A stretch of 63,912 nt of DNA, the filler included, from Octopus bimaculoides (Eukaryota), in the NCBI RefSeq assembly GCF_001194135.2. It is 6 parts of 6 records of this genome, joined end to end, with 100 filler letters (N's around TTAATTAATTAA, not from the genome) between each part and the next. Parts side by side here need not be neighbours in the genome. Positions count along the whole stretch, not along the records: positions 33,379 to 59,585 come from NC_068983.1; positions 59,686 to 62,217 come from NW_026399986.1; 4 more parts are not named here. One strand, given 5' to 3'. The position numbers and the translations under genes were made by a program. Shown here one piece after another: positions 51,790 to 62,317 of the stretch (position 1 is its first letter; each line of letters starts with the position of its first letter). The notes under the pieces were generated by a model that saw nothing but the letters and a program-made list of their open reading frames with translations, searched no databases and was not told the DNA's origin.

Positions 51790-52879
51790 TCACCTAGGAT
51801 TCACATATGAAATCTAGACCTTACAAATGTCAGATTCTTTTACAATGCTGCAGGTGGCCCCTAAAATCTGTATATTCATCAATGATAAGTGCCTTATTAT
51901 TTCAAAGCCACTGAAAGAGCCTTGGAGTGTTTCTAGTTTTTGATTAGTGTTTGTTAAGTTATGGGATTGCAGCATGGCAGATTGTGAAGAGGCAGTGGAA
52001 GAGCTCAACTCAGCCAATGGTGCTTCTTACTTTGATGCTGAGTGGAGAAATCTATGAAGATCAATGGTCAGGACCACCAAGCTCTATGAAGAGAGTAACT
52101 GCAATATATCCAATAGGGATGACATTCATTGTTGTGTAATCAGCTAATGAAAGATTCATTGTGACTCAAGCTCTCAGTTCAAATATGAATATTAGAATTG
52201 GGTAGTGACAGAGAGTCATGGGAATCCATGCAAAAAGTGCAACCAAGATGATGAGATGATGAATGTTTGCTTAGCTACAATCCAGTAAACCTTTGATCAA
52301 AATTACTTCAGCCATGACCTATCTTTTCAGGACATAGTTTCTCATTTTTTTTACATTATTTAACATGTCTTTCCATGATTGTTTTGTTGAGATCTGAAGT
52401 CAATTTTGAAATCAGATTGGTGTGCAAATGACTCTATTTTACAATAATTTATACATTTTATCGACTTTGGAAAATATACCAGCCGCATAATCAAGTAAAG
52501 TTAATAATGTTTTTGTTCATTGATAATTTAGGTATGATAGTGTTATGATAGTAAGGTTAAATCGCTGGACTGCTGATCACATAGTTATAAGTTCAGTTCT
52601 TATTATTGTCATAATGTTCTAACATAGAGTAAGATATCTGACTTGCAACAATTTATCAGAAAAAAAAAAAAAAAAATTAATAAACTCCACTTCTTTTTGA
52701 AGATTGGTGATCATTGTTAGGAATGATAATCTGACAGCAAAACAACTGCTCCAAAAAAGAAACTATCTCACCCTTGCAAGCTTGGAAAACAGATGTAAAA
52801 GTAGTTTTGAAAATTCATAAATTATATTGAATTTATGAAGATTCCATAGGAATTTTTTGGAACTGGTTTATTTCTGAAT

Positions 52880-53053
52880 GAAGACATGTGGCTTAGTTGT
52901 TGAGTATTTGGCTCACAATTGTAAGATCTTGAGTTCAGTTCCTGGCAACACACTGTGTCCTTGAGCAAGACACTTTGTTTCACATTGCTTCAATCCACTC
53001 AGCTGGCAAAAATGAGTAGTACCTGTATTTCAAAGGGCCAGCCTTGTAACACT
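52880..53053 (+). mobile_element. tRNA-derived SINE with a second head type joined to family-A body sequence
   Basis: Head ...GAGTTCAGTTCC...GTGTCCTTGAGCAAGACACT...TCCACTCAGCTG, then TACCTGTATTTCAAAGGGCCAGCCTTGT as in 60521-60548. Confidence 0.7.
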
Positions 53054-53893
53054 GAAGTAGAAGTGGGCTATGTGTATGTTTTGGATTTTCATAAACAAGA
53101 AAAGAAAATTATTTACCAAGCTTCATAAGAGTTTTGATTTTTTTCTCACATATAAGTACAGGTTAAAGCCTACTTCACTCTAAAAGTCATCTTAACTAAC
53201 ATTTTTTCTTGTAGGTTAGGTTTGACTTTATCCACAAGTGTCATATCTAAGTGGCCTCAGATATAATGATGTTTAAGCATTATGTTGAAATACTGATAAT
53301 GTCATGAAAGTTTAAATTGAGAATAATTTCCAATGAAACACTTTAAATTTGCGCAAAGTGGTTTAATAGTTCAGAAATGTTTGACAGGCTCTTGTACACC
53401 ATCTGCTACTAATAATTACAAGCAATTATTTTTAAAAGAATTGTAAACAAATAGGCTTTGCAAACTCATTTTAGATTAATTACATAATATTCATAAATTT
53501 TTCATTCTAAACTTATTACCATATTTTCTGCACTATTACTAGAGTGAAACTCTTTCAAAAAATCTTTTTCTTTTTTATTTAACTATTTGTTTCACAAACA
53601 TTTTATAGAATTATTTACTTGAAAGACAGTTTTTTTATAAATACGTTTATTGTAAGAAAAATTAACAGTTGTTGTTTATGCTATGAAACTTTCACCAATG
53701 ACAATGAGGGAAACCAAACATCTAGTTAAGTTCCAAGTCAACCATATTACTTCACAGGTTTAACTAAAAAATATTCCAGCTGAAACCTTCCTATCTTTTA
53801 TAGGTATGTTGCACTATATTATCTAATGAATCCTTTCTTTTTTTTTAGACACTAGAGCAGAATTTTAAGGGATATTTGGCTCTTTCTTTGCAG

Positions 53894-53949
53894 GTTATGC
53901 AACTTTATTGAAAATGGAAAATGATATTGAAACAAAACTACACTTCTAA
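53894..53949 (+). CDS. Candidate terminal coding exon (xYATLLKMENDIETKLHF*)
   Basis: Strong acceptor TCTTTCTTTGCAG|G; phase compatible with the 50318-50354 candidate. Confidence 0.22.
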
Positions 53950-53955
53950 ACTATA

Positions 53956-54173
53956 TATTGGTTTCAAATTTTGGCACAAGGCCAACAATTTTGGGGAAGG
54001 GGGTAAGTCGATTACATTGACTCCAGTGCTCAACTGGTACTTATTTATTAACCCCAAAAGGATGAAAGGCAAAGTTTACCTTGGCAGAATTTGAAGTCAG
54101 AATGTAGAGATGGACAAAATGTCATTAAGCATTTTGCCCAGTATGTTAACAATTCTGCCAGCTCACCACCTTC
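53956..54173 (-). mobile_element. SINE family B, full length
   Basis: ATTGGTTTCAAATTTTGGCACAAGG...AATTCTGCCAGCTCACCACC. Confidence 0.9.
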
Positions 54174-54516
54174 TTCTGAGCTGAATTTTAGAATTAATAC
54201 AAAGTTAAGTTTATAAACAATAAAATACCACAAGCATAAGAAATAAATTTCTTGCACTTTACTACAATACACATATATAATCTTCTAATATAATCTTTAA
54301 AATTCCATACAGTTGTTTTTCTTTATTTTACTGTTTTCCATTCATACTTTACATAGTGACAGCATGTGAATAGTGACCTTATATAGTGGCAGCATGTGAA
54401 CAAGAGAACATAAAGTCAATTAGTTTCTAAATTGTTTCTGACTGCTAAGTTATCATTTGGTTGAATGAATTTATGTTGTTTGCATTATAAATGATAAATA
54501 CATCTGTATCACATAA

Positions 54517-54618
54517 GTGAAGGCACATAGCTCAGTGGTTAGAGTGTTGGGATCACAATCATGAGGTAGTGAGTTTGATTCCTGAACCAGGCTGTGTGTT
54601 GTGTTCTTGAGGAACACA
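54517..54618 (+). mobile_element. tRNA-derived SINE head (same type as 52880)
   Basis: TAGCTCAGTGGTTAGAG A-box, GAGTTTGATTCC B-box, GTGTTGTGTTCTTGAG. Confidence 0.7.
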
Positions 54619-55424
54619 ACTATCTAATCATAATTTAAAAAAACTTTTTCAGACAAATTAGTAGAGAATTTTGCCAAAGGTCTTATCAACAGTGGCTATG
54701 TCTTGTGTTGTCATCTAAATTGGATTTTGAATCCAGCAGTAAATGAGCATGTCTTTGGACATAAAGTGAAGCAGTGCTTTGGTAGGGATTGTGAAACTGT
54801 ATGCATATAAGCACCCTGTGTTGGTCTCCTGACATGTGACCTTTCAGAGATGAAAAGACTGGTTTTTGCAAGTGTTATGTTTATATAATATAATACATAC
54901 ATTACATATGTACATAAATACCTATACATACATGAGACATATTGTATCAAAATAAAACTATCTATTAATGTAGATATTTTAAACTCACACAGGCACATAC
55001 CTTACAGCCAAAATTCTTGGTTAAAAGCATTGAAAAACCAACTTTTACAGATACAAGATTTGTTTATATTGCATGCATATTCAAGTATTATACTCTATTA
55101 ATCAGAATGGATTATGCTTTTCTCCCCCACAACCTACTGATCTGTCATTTTCTTCATAGTCCCAGTTTTTCTGCTGCAATTATCATATCTCCCAGAACTA
55201 CTGTCAGCTCTTTGCTTTTCTACTCTTCAACTTCTTTCTCTGCACTTCATGGAATTATATTTTTATCTATGTCACCATCCTATGTTAACCTTTTATTGAA
55301 ACAATGCTTCCATCTTCTCAAAACAGTTTGTTGACTTTATCCTCCAAGCATTTTACTCCAGTTATGTTGCATCTCTCTTTCGCTAGTCCTCACCCTCACC
55401 ACTATTTTAGAACTGGAGCTACTT

Positions 55425-55521
55425 TGTTTACGGCCTTGTAAGTTAGTGGTTTAGTGAAAGAGACCGATGGAATAAGTATCAGTCTTAAAAATAAGTACTG
55501 GGGATGATTTGTTTGACTAAA
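55425..55521 (+). mobile_element. SINE family C internal fragment
   Basis: GTAAGTTAGTGG...AAAGAGACCGATGGAATAAGTA...CTGGGGATGATTTGTTTGACTAAA. Confidence 0.7.
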
Positions 55522-55541
55522 CATCTGTCTTTGATCATTTA

Positions 55542-56432
55542 TGAGGTCTGATCAATAAGTATCCGGACTGTTGTCATAGAAACAAAGCTAAAGCATGCAG
55601 AGTAAAGTTGCTTGGCAAAGATTGACCTTGAATTCTGTTGTGCATGTGCACTAAATTTTAACATTCTAGCTCACTTCTGCTGTTTACAACAGTGCTTAGA
55701 CAGAAGGTGTATAGCGTGTGATTATTACATTGACCGTGACATAGAAAGTTGTCATGGCAATACTTGCTCAGAGGCCTATGCAAAGTTTCAGAAAGTGTAT
55801 GGAGAGGAGTGTGTGAGCTGCATACATGTGTATGAGTGAGTCAGATGTTTCCAAGATGGCCGAAAAAACGTCAATATTGACAAACATTCTGGGAGATCCA
55901 CAACAAGCAGAACTGAGAAAAACATCGTAGATGTGCATGCAGCTGTGAGGGAAAATTGTCGAATCACCGCCTGTAAGTTATCTGAAGACGTGAAGATTAG
56001 TTACAGTTCAGTCTATAACCACTCAAGATTTGGGTATGAGACGCATGTCTGCCAAGTTTGTGCCAAAACTGCTTTCAAATGACCAAAATGACACTCGGGT
56101 TTCAGTTGCACAAGATCTCCCTTGATTGTGTCGAGAATGATGAAAACTTTTTGAAAACTTTGCATAGGCCTCTGAACAAGTATTGCCAAGCTTTTGGCAA
56201 AATTTGATGCAGATTCTCTGCTCAACTTTCTCTGTCATGGTCAATGCGATGATCACACGCTACACACCTTCCTTCCAAGCACTGCTGTATACAATGTAAG
56301 TGAGCTATAATGTTAAAACTTAGTGCTCATGCACAGCAAAGTTCAAGGTCAATCTGTGCTCAGCAGTTTCACTCTGTGTGCTTTAGCTTCGTTATTATGG
56401 TAACAGTCTGGATACTTATTGATCAGACCATG
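55542..56432. mobile_element. Rearranged mariner with two 5' ends (inverted arms ~55542-55797 and ~56146-56429)
   Basis: Both ends carry GGTCTGATCAATAAGTATCCRGACTG and the transposase start (right arm: ATG at 56238, MTEKVEQRICIKFCQKLGNTCSEAYAK); the + strand continues to ...DLGMRRMSAKFVPKLL...NDENFLKT before switching. Confidence 0.88.
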
Positions 56433-57678
56433 GATGAATACTAAAAGTTTTCCTATGTGATTCCTGAGCTTTTCTTAGCTCTTTTTTTTGCAGCCTTTTA
56501 ACATTGTTGCCTCATAACTTTCATGCATTGCCTCTGGTGCTTCCATACCCCATCTCTCTATCATTGTCTGAATCTGTTCCTCTTTTAATCAATCCTCTTT
56601 CCAACTTCATCTCACCATTATGTTCTCATATATCTTACAATCCTCTTGTCCATTCACACATATCAATGGCTCACATCACATGCTTTACAATATTCAGATT
56701 ACACACATGCATGCACACACCCACACACATTTATGTATATGTAAATGTGTGCATATCGAGAAATCTATGCATGTATAAAAATAAGTCTCCTTAAAAATTA
56801 TTATGTGCTTTTGTATTTTAATCTGTTTATCACTTGGCTAAAGGAGGAAAGGAAGAAGAGATCTGATTCGAATACTCACAATAGAGTGGACTCTGTTAAA
56901 TGATCCCAAGGACCAGGTGTCAGCATTAAACTGGGTGAGTGGCACTCGGATATACAAATGAGGCACTCATCAAAATATGCAAAAATATGAATCTAGCTGA
57001 ACAGGTGGCTATTCACATAAAGACTATGATCAGCAAAAATGAATAGATTGTTCGTCAAACAATGTAAGCTTTGATTGGAACCATGCTTTTATACAATAAT
57101 TACATCCCAGTACCATTCACTTAAAGTAGGTAATCTCTAACATTATTCTTTTCCTGCCCCTCTGCCTTTTTATTACCTTATAATTAATTTCTGTTCTAGT
57201 TGAAAATAAAGTGTGCTTAAGCTAATTCCATGCAGCTGTCAACAAAGAAAGCGAGTGGAAAAGGTATTACTATTGTTATAGTTAATCTCACAACCAAAGG
57301 CATGTGTAATGGATATTGTGAAAATTCATGCGCATGGCTTTGTTTTAATTTAATAAGGACTTTATTTTATTTTCCTTTAACCAACTCTGAAGATAATGCA
57401 ACAGTTTAAAACAATTGTTTTGTAAGTTTGGCTCTCTCAAATGGATATTAGGTAAATGAACCACAGCATATTATGACCCCAGAATATTACAATTTAGGCT
57501 TACTCCTTTAATTTACATGTCTCCAATCAATACATTCAATAAATGTCATATTGCCATATATAATAATAATCTATAACATGTTATTTAATTATCAGCTACA
57601 CTGTAGGTAGTAGGCTTCAGAAAGATTGACTCTATGGTCCTTTCAAAAAAATTGTATTACATTAATATTATTATTACT

Positions 57679-58360
57679 AAGATGGTGAGCTGGCAGAATC
57701 ATTAGCATGCCAGGCAAAATGCTTAGCAGCATTTCGTCAGACCTCACATTCAAATTCTGACATGGTCGACTTTGCCTTTCATCCTTTTGGAATTGATAGA
57801 ATAATTATCAGTTGAACACTGGGGTTGGTGTAACTGACTCATCCCCACCCCCAAAATCGCTGCCCTTGTGGCAAAATTTGAAACCTTTATTATTATTATT
57901 ATTGTGAAAGTGGTGATCTGGCAGAATCGTTAGCATGCTGGACAAAATGCTTAGCAATATTTCGCCTGACGTTATATTCAGAGTTCAAATTCCACAAAGG
58001 TCAACTTTGCCTTTCATCCTTTTGGGGTCAATGAATTAAGCACTAGTCATGTACTGGGATCAATGTGATCGACTTACTCCCTCCCCACAAATTTCAGGCC
58101 TTGTACCTATAGTAGAAAGGATTATTATTATTACTAAAGCAGTGAAAGCAGTAAGATGGCAGAATCATTAGCACACCAGGCAAAATACTTAGTGGCATTT
58201 TGTCCATCTTTATGTTCTGAGTTCAAATTCCACTGAGGTTGACTTTGCATTTCATCCTTTCAGGGTTGATAAATTAAGTACCAATTGAGTACTGGGGTCA
58301 ATGTAATCGACTTAACCCCTCCCTCCCAAAATTTCAGGCCTTGTGTCTATAGTAGAAAGG
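57679..58360 (+). mobile_element. Three head-to-tail SINE family B copies separated by (ATT)n
   Basis: Copies at ~57679-57885, 57906-58120 and 58137-58360. Confidence 0.92.
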
Positions 58361-58396
58361 ATTGTTATAGCAGTGAGGTGGCAACACCATTAGCAG

Positions 58397-58640
58397 AAAA
58401 TAGCAAAGTATCAGGACCTAGCCGTTGAGTTACAGAGGTTATGGAAAGTGCAAGTAAGATGTATCCCTGTAGTTATAGGTGCATTAGGAACTATCCTTAA
58501 AGATTTGAAGAAATGGATAGAGGAAATAAGCATAAAACCTAGTTTAGTGCAGCTGCAGAGAACAGTGTTATTAGCAACAGCTAGTATTACTTAGGAAGGT
58601 TCTTGGCATCTAAAGTTACTTGTAGCCTGATGTTAGGAAT
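58397..58640 (+). pseudogene. RLE-domain C-terminus of an R4/Dong/NeSL-type LINE
   Basis: KIAKYQDLAVELQRLWKVQVRCIPVVIGALGTI...LQRTVLLATASI(fs)LRKVLGI*; followed by (AGT)n(AAT)n. Confidence 0.85.
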
Positions 58641-58676
58641 TTTTTCCAACAACCTAATCTATTGTGTGTATATGAA

Positions 58677-58785
<109 letters not shown>

Positions 58786-58789
58786 ATCC

Positions 58790-59210
58790 ACAGACAAGTA
58801 TAATACAAGAAATATCAACAGAGAAGAAAGAGATGGCATAGTTAAGAGACTATTAGCAAAGCAAACATACTCTGGGATATGTCACTATACAAATAGGGAG
58901 AACAAAGCAAATCATTGTTAGGGATGACTAGGAAAAGAAGTGCTTCATAATCGGCATATCAGTCCCAACAGATAATAATATATCTTTAAAAGAAACCCAA
59001 ATATAATGATCTGAAAATAGAGGTAATCTGAATGCTGGGCCTGAAAACAAAAGCAATCCCTATAAGGTACTGCAAGAATGATAAAAGAAAACAAAAACAT
59101 GCGGTCAACTATACATCTAAAGCCCCTGGACTTAAAAATATGCATAATATACACAAAATAGCACTGTTAACACAACATACATATTATTTAGAACACTTTC
59201 AATAGAGTAA
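58790..59210 (+). pseudogene. Degenerate RLE endonuclease domain of a second R4/Dong subfamily
   Basis: KANILWDMS; KCFIIGISVPTDNNISLKE; KYNDLKIEVI*MLGLKTKAIPI; starts right after (AAT)n. Confidence 0.75.
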
Positions 59211-59282
59211 AATATAACAAAATCTAAACAAAATACTGTACATATTCAAGGCAGACAAAGTTGTGCTTGGTCATGCACTGAA

Positions 59283-59585
59283 TCTATATATATAAAAATG
59301 AGAATGTGTGTCTGTCTGTCTGTCTGTCTGTGTGTGTGAATCCCTAAAACTAGAGAACTACGCAACCAATTTCATTCAAATTTTACAGATGCCTTACTTA
59401 GGGTTCCAGTTGTGTTTTAGTCAAAAAAATTTTAACTTCTTGCAGAGTTCGAGCCCACGGCAACATAATATCTCCTCCACTATGTAAGTATTACGTGTCA
59501 AAAGTGAAACAAAAACACTCATGTCAAATACTTTCACTTTAAAAATGAAACTATTCTACTAACTGAAACAATCACATTTCGATAC
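59283..59585 (+). mobile_element. 5' end of a Helitron-type element (3' end lost at spacer)
   Basis: A|TCTATATATATAAAAATGAG followed by a (GTCT)n tract, typical of Helitron 5' termini. Confidence 0.6.
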
Positions 59586-59685
59586 NNNNNNNNNNNNNNN
59601 NNNNNNNNNNNNNNNNNNNNNNNNNNNNNTTAATTAATTAANNNNNNNNNNNNNNNNNNNNNNNNNNNNNNNNNNNNNNNNNNNN

Positions 59686-59720
<35 letters not shown>

Positions 59721-59734
59721 TCATTATTATTATT

Positions 59735-59985
59735 GCTGAATGAGAGTGTAGCACACAGCATCAAAATGACGCTGGGCTACAAATATACGAAGTCCGATAT
59801 ACCCATCATGAGTACCATATGATAAGAGTACCCCATGCATATGCACCTCAACCATATGTAAGCGACATGGTGGCCGAATATCAAGATGAACAGCATATAA
59901 GCTTGCTAAATTTTTCTCCAGATAGAGTAGCTCATCCCGCTCTAATGGTCCTTGTATAAGTATGTGTAATGATGATGAACGAAAC
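59735..59985 (-). repeat. Probable retroposon 3' region with (AAT)n tail (class unknown)
   Basis: Mixed-GC block directly abutting a (TAT)n tract; recognised from memory as an octopus interspersed repeat; no second copy in this window. Confidence 0.35.
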
Positions 59986-60320
59986 ACTATTGTTTGCAAG
60001 TGTGAATTATTCGAACCCCAACGAATTCCTCTCAAGAAATGGCTATGATTCTCCTTCACTACACCTGCGCATGATCAGAGATCTGATTACAAGTCAAACA
60101 CTCGAATTGTTTTAAAAAATACAAAAACAACGCAACCCTCAATATGTGCGTTCTTGTGCCTGAATTCGAAAACTATTGTACTAAAGCATGCTGGATATCT
60201 TCGAAGCGTAACGTCATTCTTACGCTACAACGATGTTATAACTCCGGGTTCATATCTCAATAAGAATTATAGAATGTTATAGCATCATATAAGGAGATAG
60301 CATTTGAATATGTAAATTTA

Positions 60321-60707
60321 GCGGAGGCGCAATGGCCCAGTGGTAAGGGCAGCGGACTCACGGTCATAGGATCGCGGTTTCGATTCCCAGACCAGGCATT
60401 GTGAGTGTTTATTGAGCGAAAACACCTAAAGTTCGACGAGGCTCCGGCAGGGGATGGTGGCGAACCCTGCTGTAATCTTTCACTACAACTTTATCTCGCT
60501 CTTTCTTCCTGTTTCTGTTGTACCTGTATTTCAAAGGGCCAGCCTTGTCACACTGTGTCACGCTGAATATCCCCGAGAACTACGTTAAGGGTACACGTGT
60601 CTGTGGAGTGCTCAGCCACTTGCACGTTAATTTCCCGAGCAAGCTGTTCCGTTGATCGGATCAACTGGAACCTTCGACGTCGTAAGCGACAGAGTGCCAA
60701 CAACAAC
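60321..60707 (+). mobile_element. SINE family A, full length, 34-bp TSD
   Basis: TSD 60287-60320 / 60708-60741, 33/34 identical. Confidence 0.95.
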
Positions 60708-61432
60708 ATATACGGAGATAGCATTTGAATATGTAAATTTAAATATGTAAATATGAGACATCAGTATTAATAGAAAAATTTTCGGTTAGCAAAAATGAAA
60801 TTTAGATCTGTTCGATATCTTTAACAAGAATTCTGGTTTAACTAGAATAAGTTTAACTAGAATTGGGTTTCTGTTCACACAGAAACCCAATATTGAAAAT
60901 GTAACCATGTACTGCAGTTACTTTGCTCGACCTTATTTACTACGAAAATTTGTGACAGAGTGCCGTTCTTAGAAATTGATATTTCTTGCGATGAACGTTT
61001 CGTAATCTTAAAGAATATACTTTAATAACAGATTTTTGAAAAAAAAAAAAATTCCTAAAATAATTTCATAAGAAAAAAATCTTAGTAAATATATTGCTTG
61101 TTACTAAGATATAAAAGTGACAGTTGCAAAAACAACTTAAATATTAAAACAAATCACTTCTGACGTTTACGACTTTCAACGATCGTTTGAAATGAATGCA
61201 ACAAAAGAGATATCTATATGATGTTCCATATATACATAAGCATATAACTATATTATCACATGCACACATATACACAGTCATGATAATATGAGTGTACGTA
61301 TATCTCTCTCTCTCTCACTCACTATATATATATNNNNNNNNNNNNNNNNNNNNNNNNNNNNNNNNNNNNNNNNNNNNNNNNNNNNNNNNNNNNNNNNNNN
61401 NNNNNNNNNNNNNNNNNNNNNNNNATATATAT

Positions 61433-61958
61433 GGGCTGTGTGGTAAGTAGATTGCTTACGAACCACATGGTTCCGGGTTCAGTCCCACTGCGTGGCACCT
61501 TGGGCAACTGTCTTCTACAATAGCCTCGGTCCGACCAAAGACTTGTGAGTGGATTTGGTAGATGGAAACTAAAAAAAGACCGTCGTATATATGTATATGT
61601 ATATGTGTGTATATGTTTGTGTTTGTCCCCTCAACATCGCTTGACAACCGATACTGGTGTTTACGTCCCCGTAACTTAGCGGGACGTAAGCACACCAACA
61701 TCGGTTGTCAATCGATGGTGGGGGAGTGAAACACAGATACACAAACACACACACTCACACACACATACATACATACATAACACATACATACATACATACA
61801 TACATACATACGGCGAGCTCCTTTCAGTTTCGGCCTAGTAAATCTACTCATAAGGCCCGAATCTATAGTAGAAGGCACTTACCCGAGGTGTCTTGCAGTG
61901 GGACTGAACCCGGAACTATGTGGTTGGGAAACAAGGTTCTTATCATACAGCCACTGCA
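61433..61958. mobile_element. Two SINE family C copies fused tail-to-tail (+ 61433-61680, - 61681-61958)
   Basis: Both are truncated at the GTCCCC motif; junction TTACGTCCC-CGTAACTTAGC-GGGACGTAA. Confidence 0.9.
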
Positions 61959-62168
61959 GAAGCAACAGTGACTCAAGAACTGAGAGTTTCGTTTATTGGT
62001 GCTCATCGAATAGAAATAAATATATATTCATATTTTCTGTCCTATTTTTACTGATTGCACCAGCAAACGTTTATATATGTGTGTATACATACGCGTGCGT
62101 GTGTGTGTAATATATATGTCACAGTCACACACAATCGTGCAATAGAAGCATATATCCGTATCTCTCTA

Positions 62169-62217
<49 letters not shown>

Positions 62218-62317
62218 NNNNNNNNNNNNNNNNNNNNNNNNNNNNNNNNNNNNNNNNNNNNTTAATTAATTAANNNNNNNNNNNNNNNNNNNNNNNNNNN
62301 NNNNNNNNNNNNNNNNN

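Noticed and set aside
51830-52150. Frame containing VKLWD (WD40-like) and MADCEEAVEEL...
   Set aside because: Interrupted by stops, no convincing splice pair, and a single short motif
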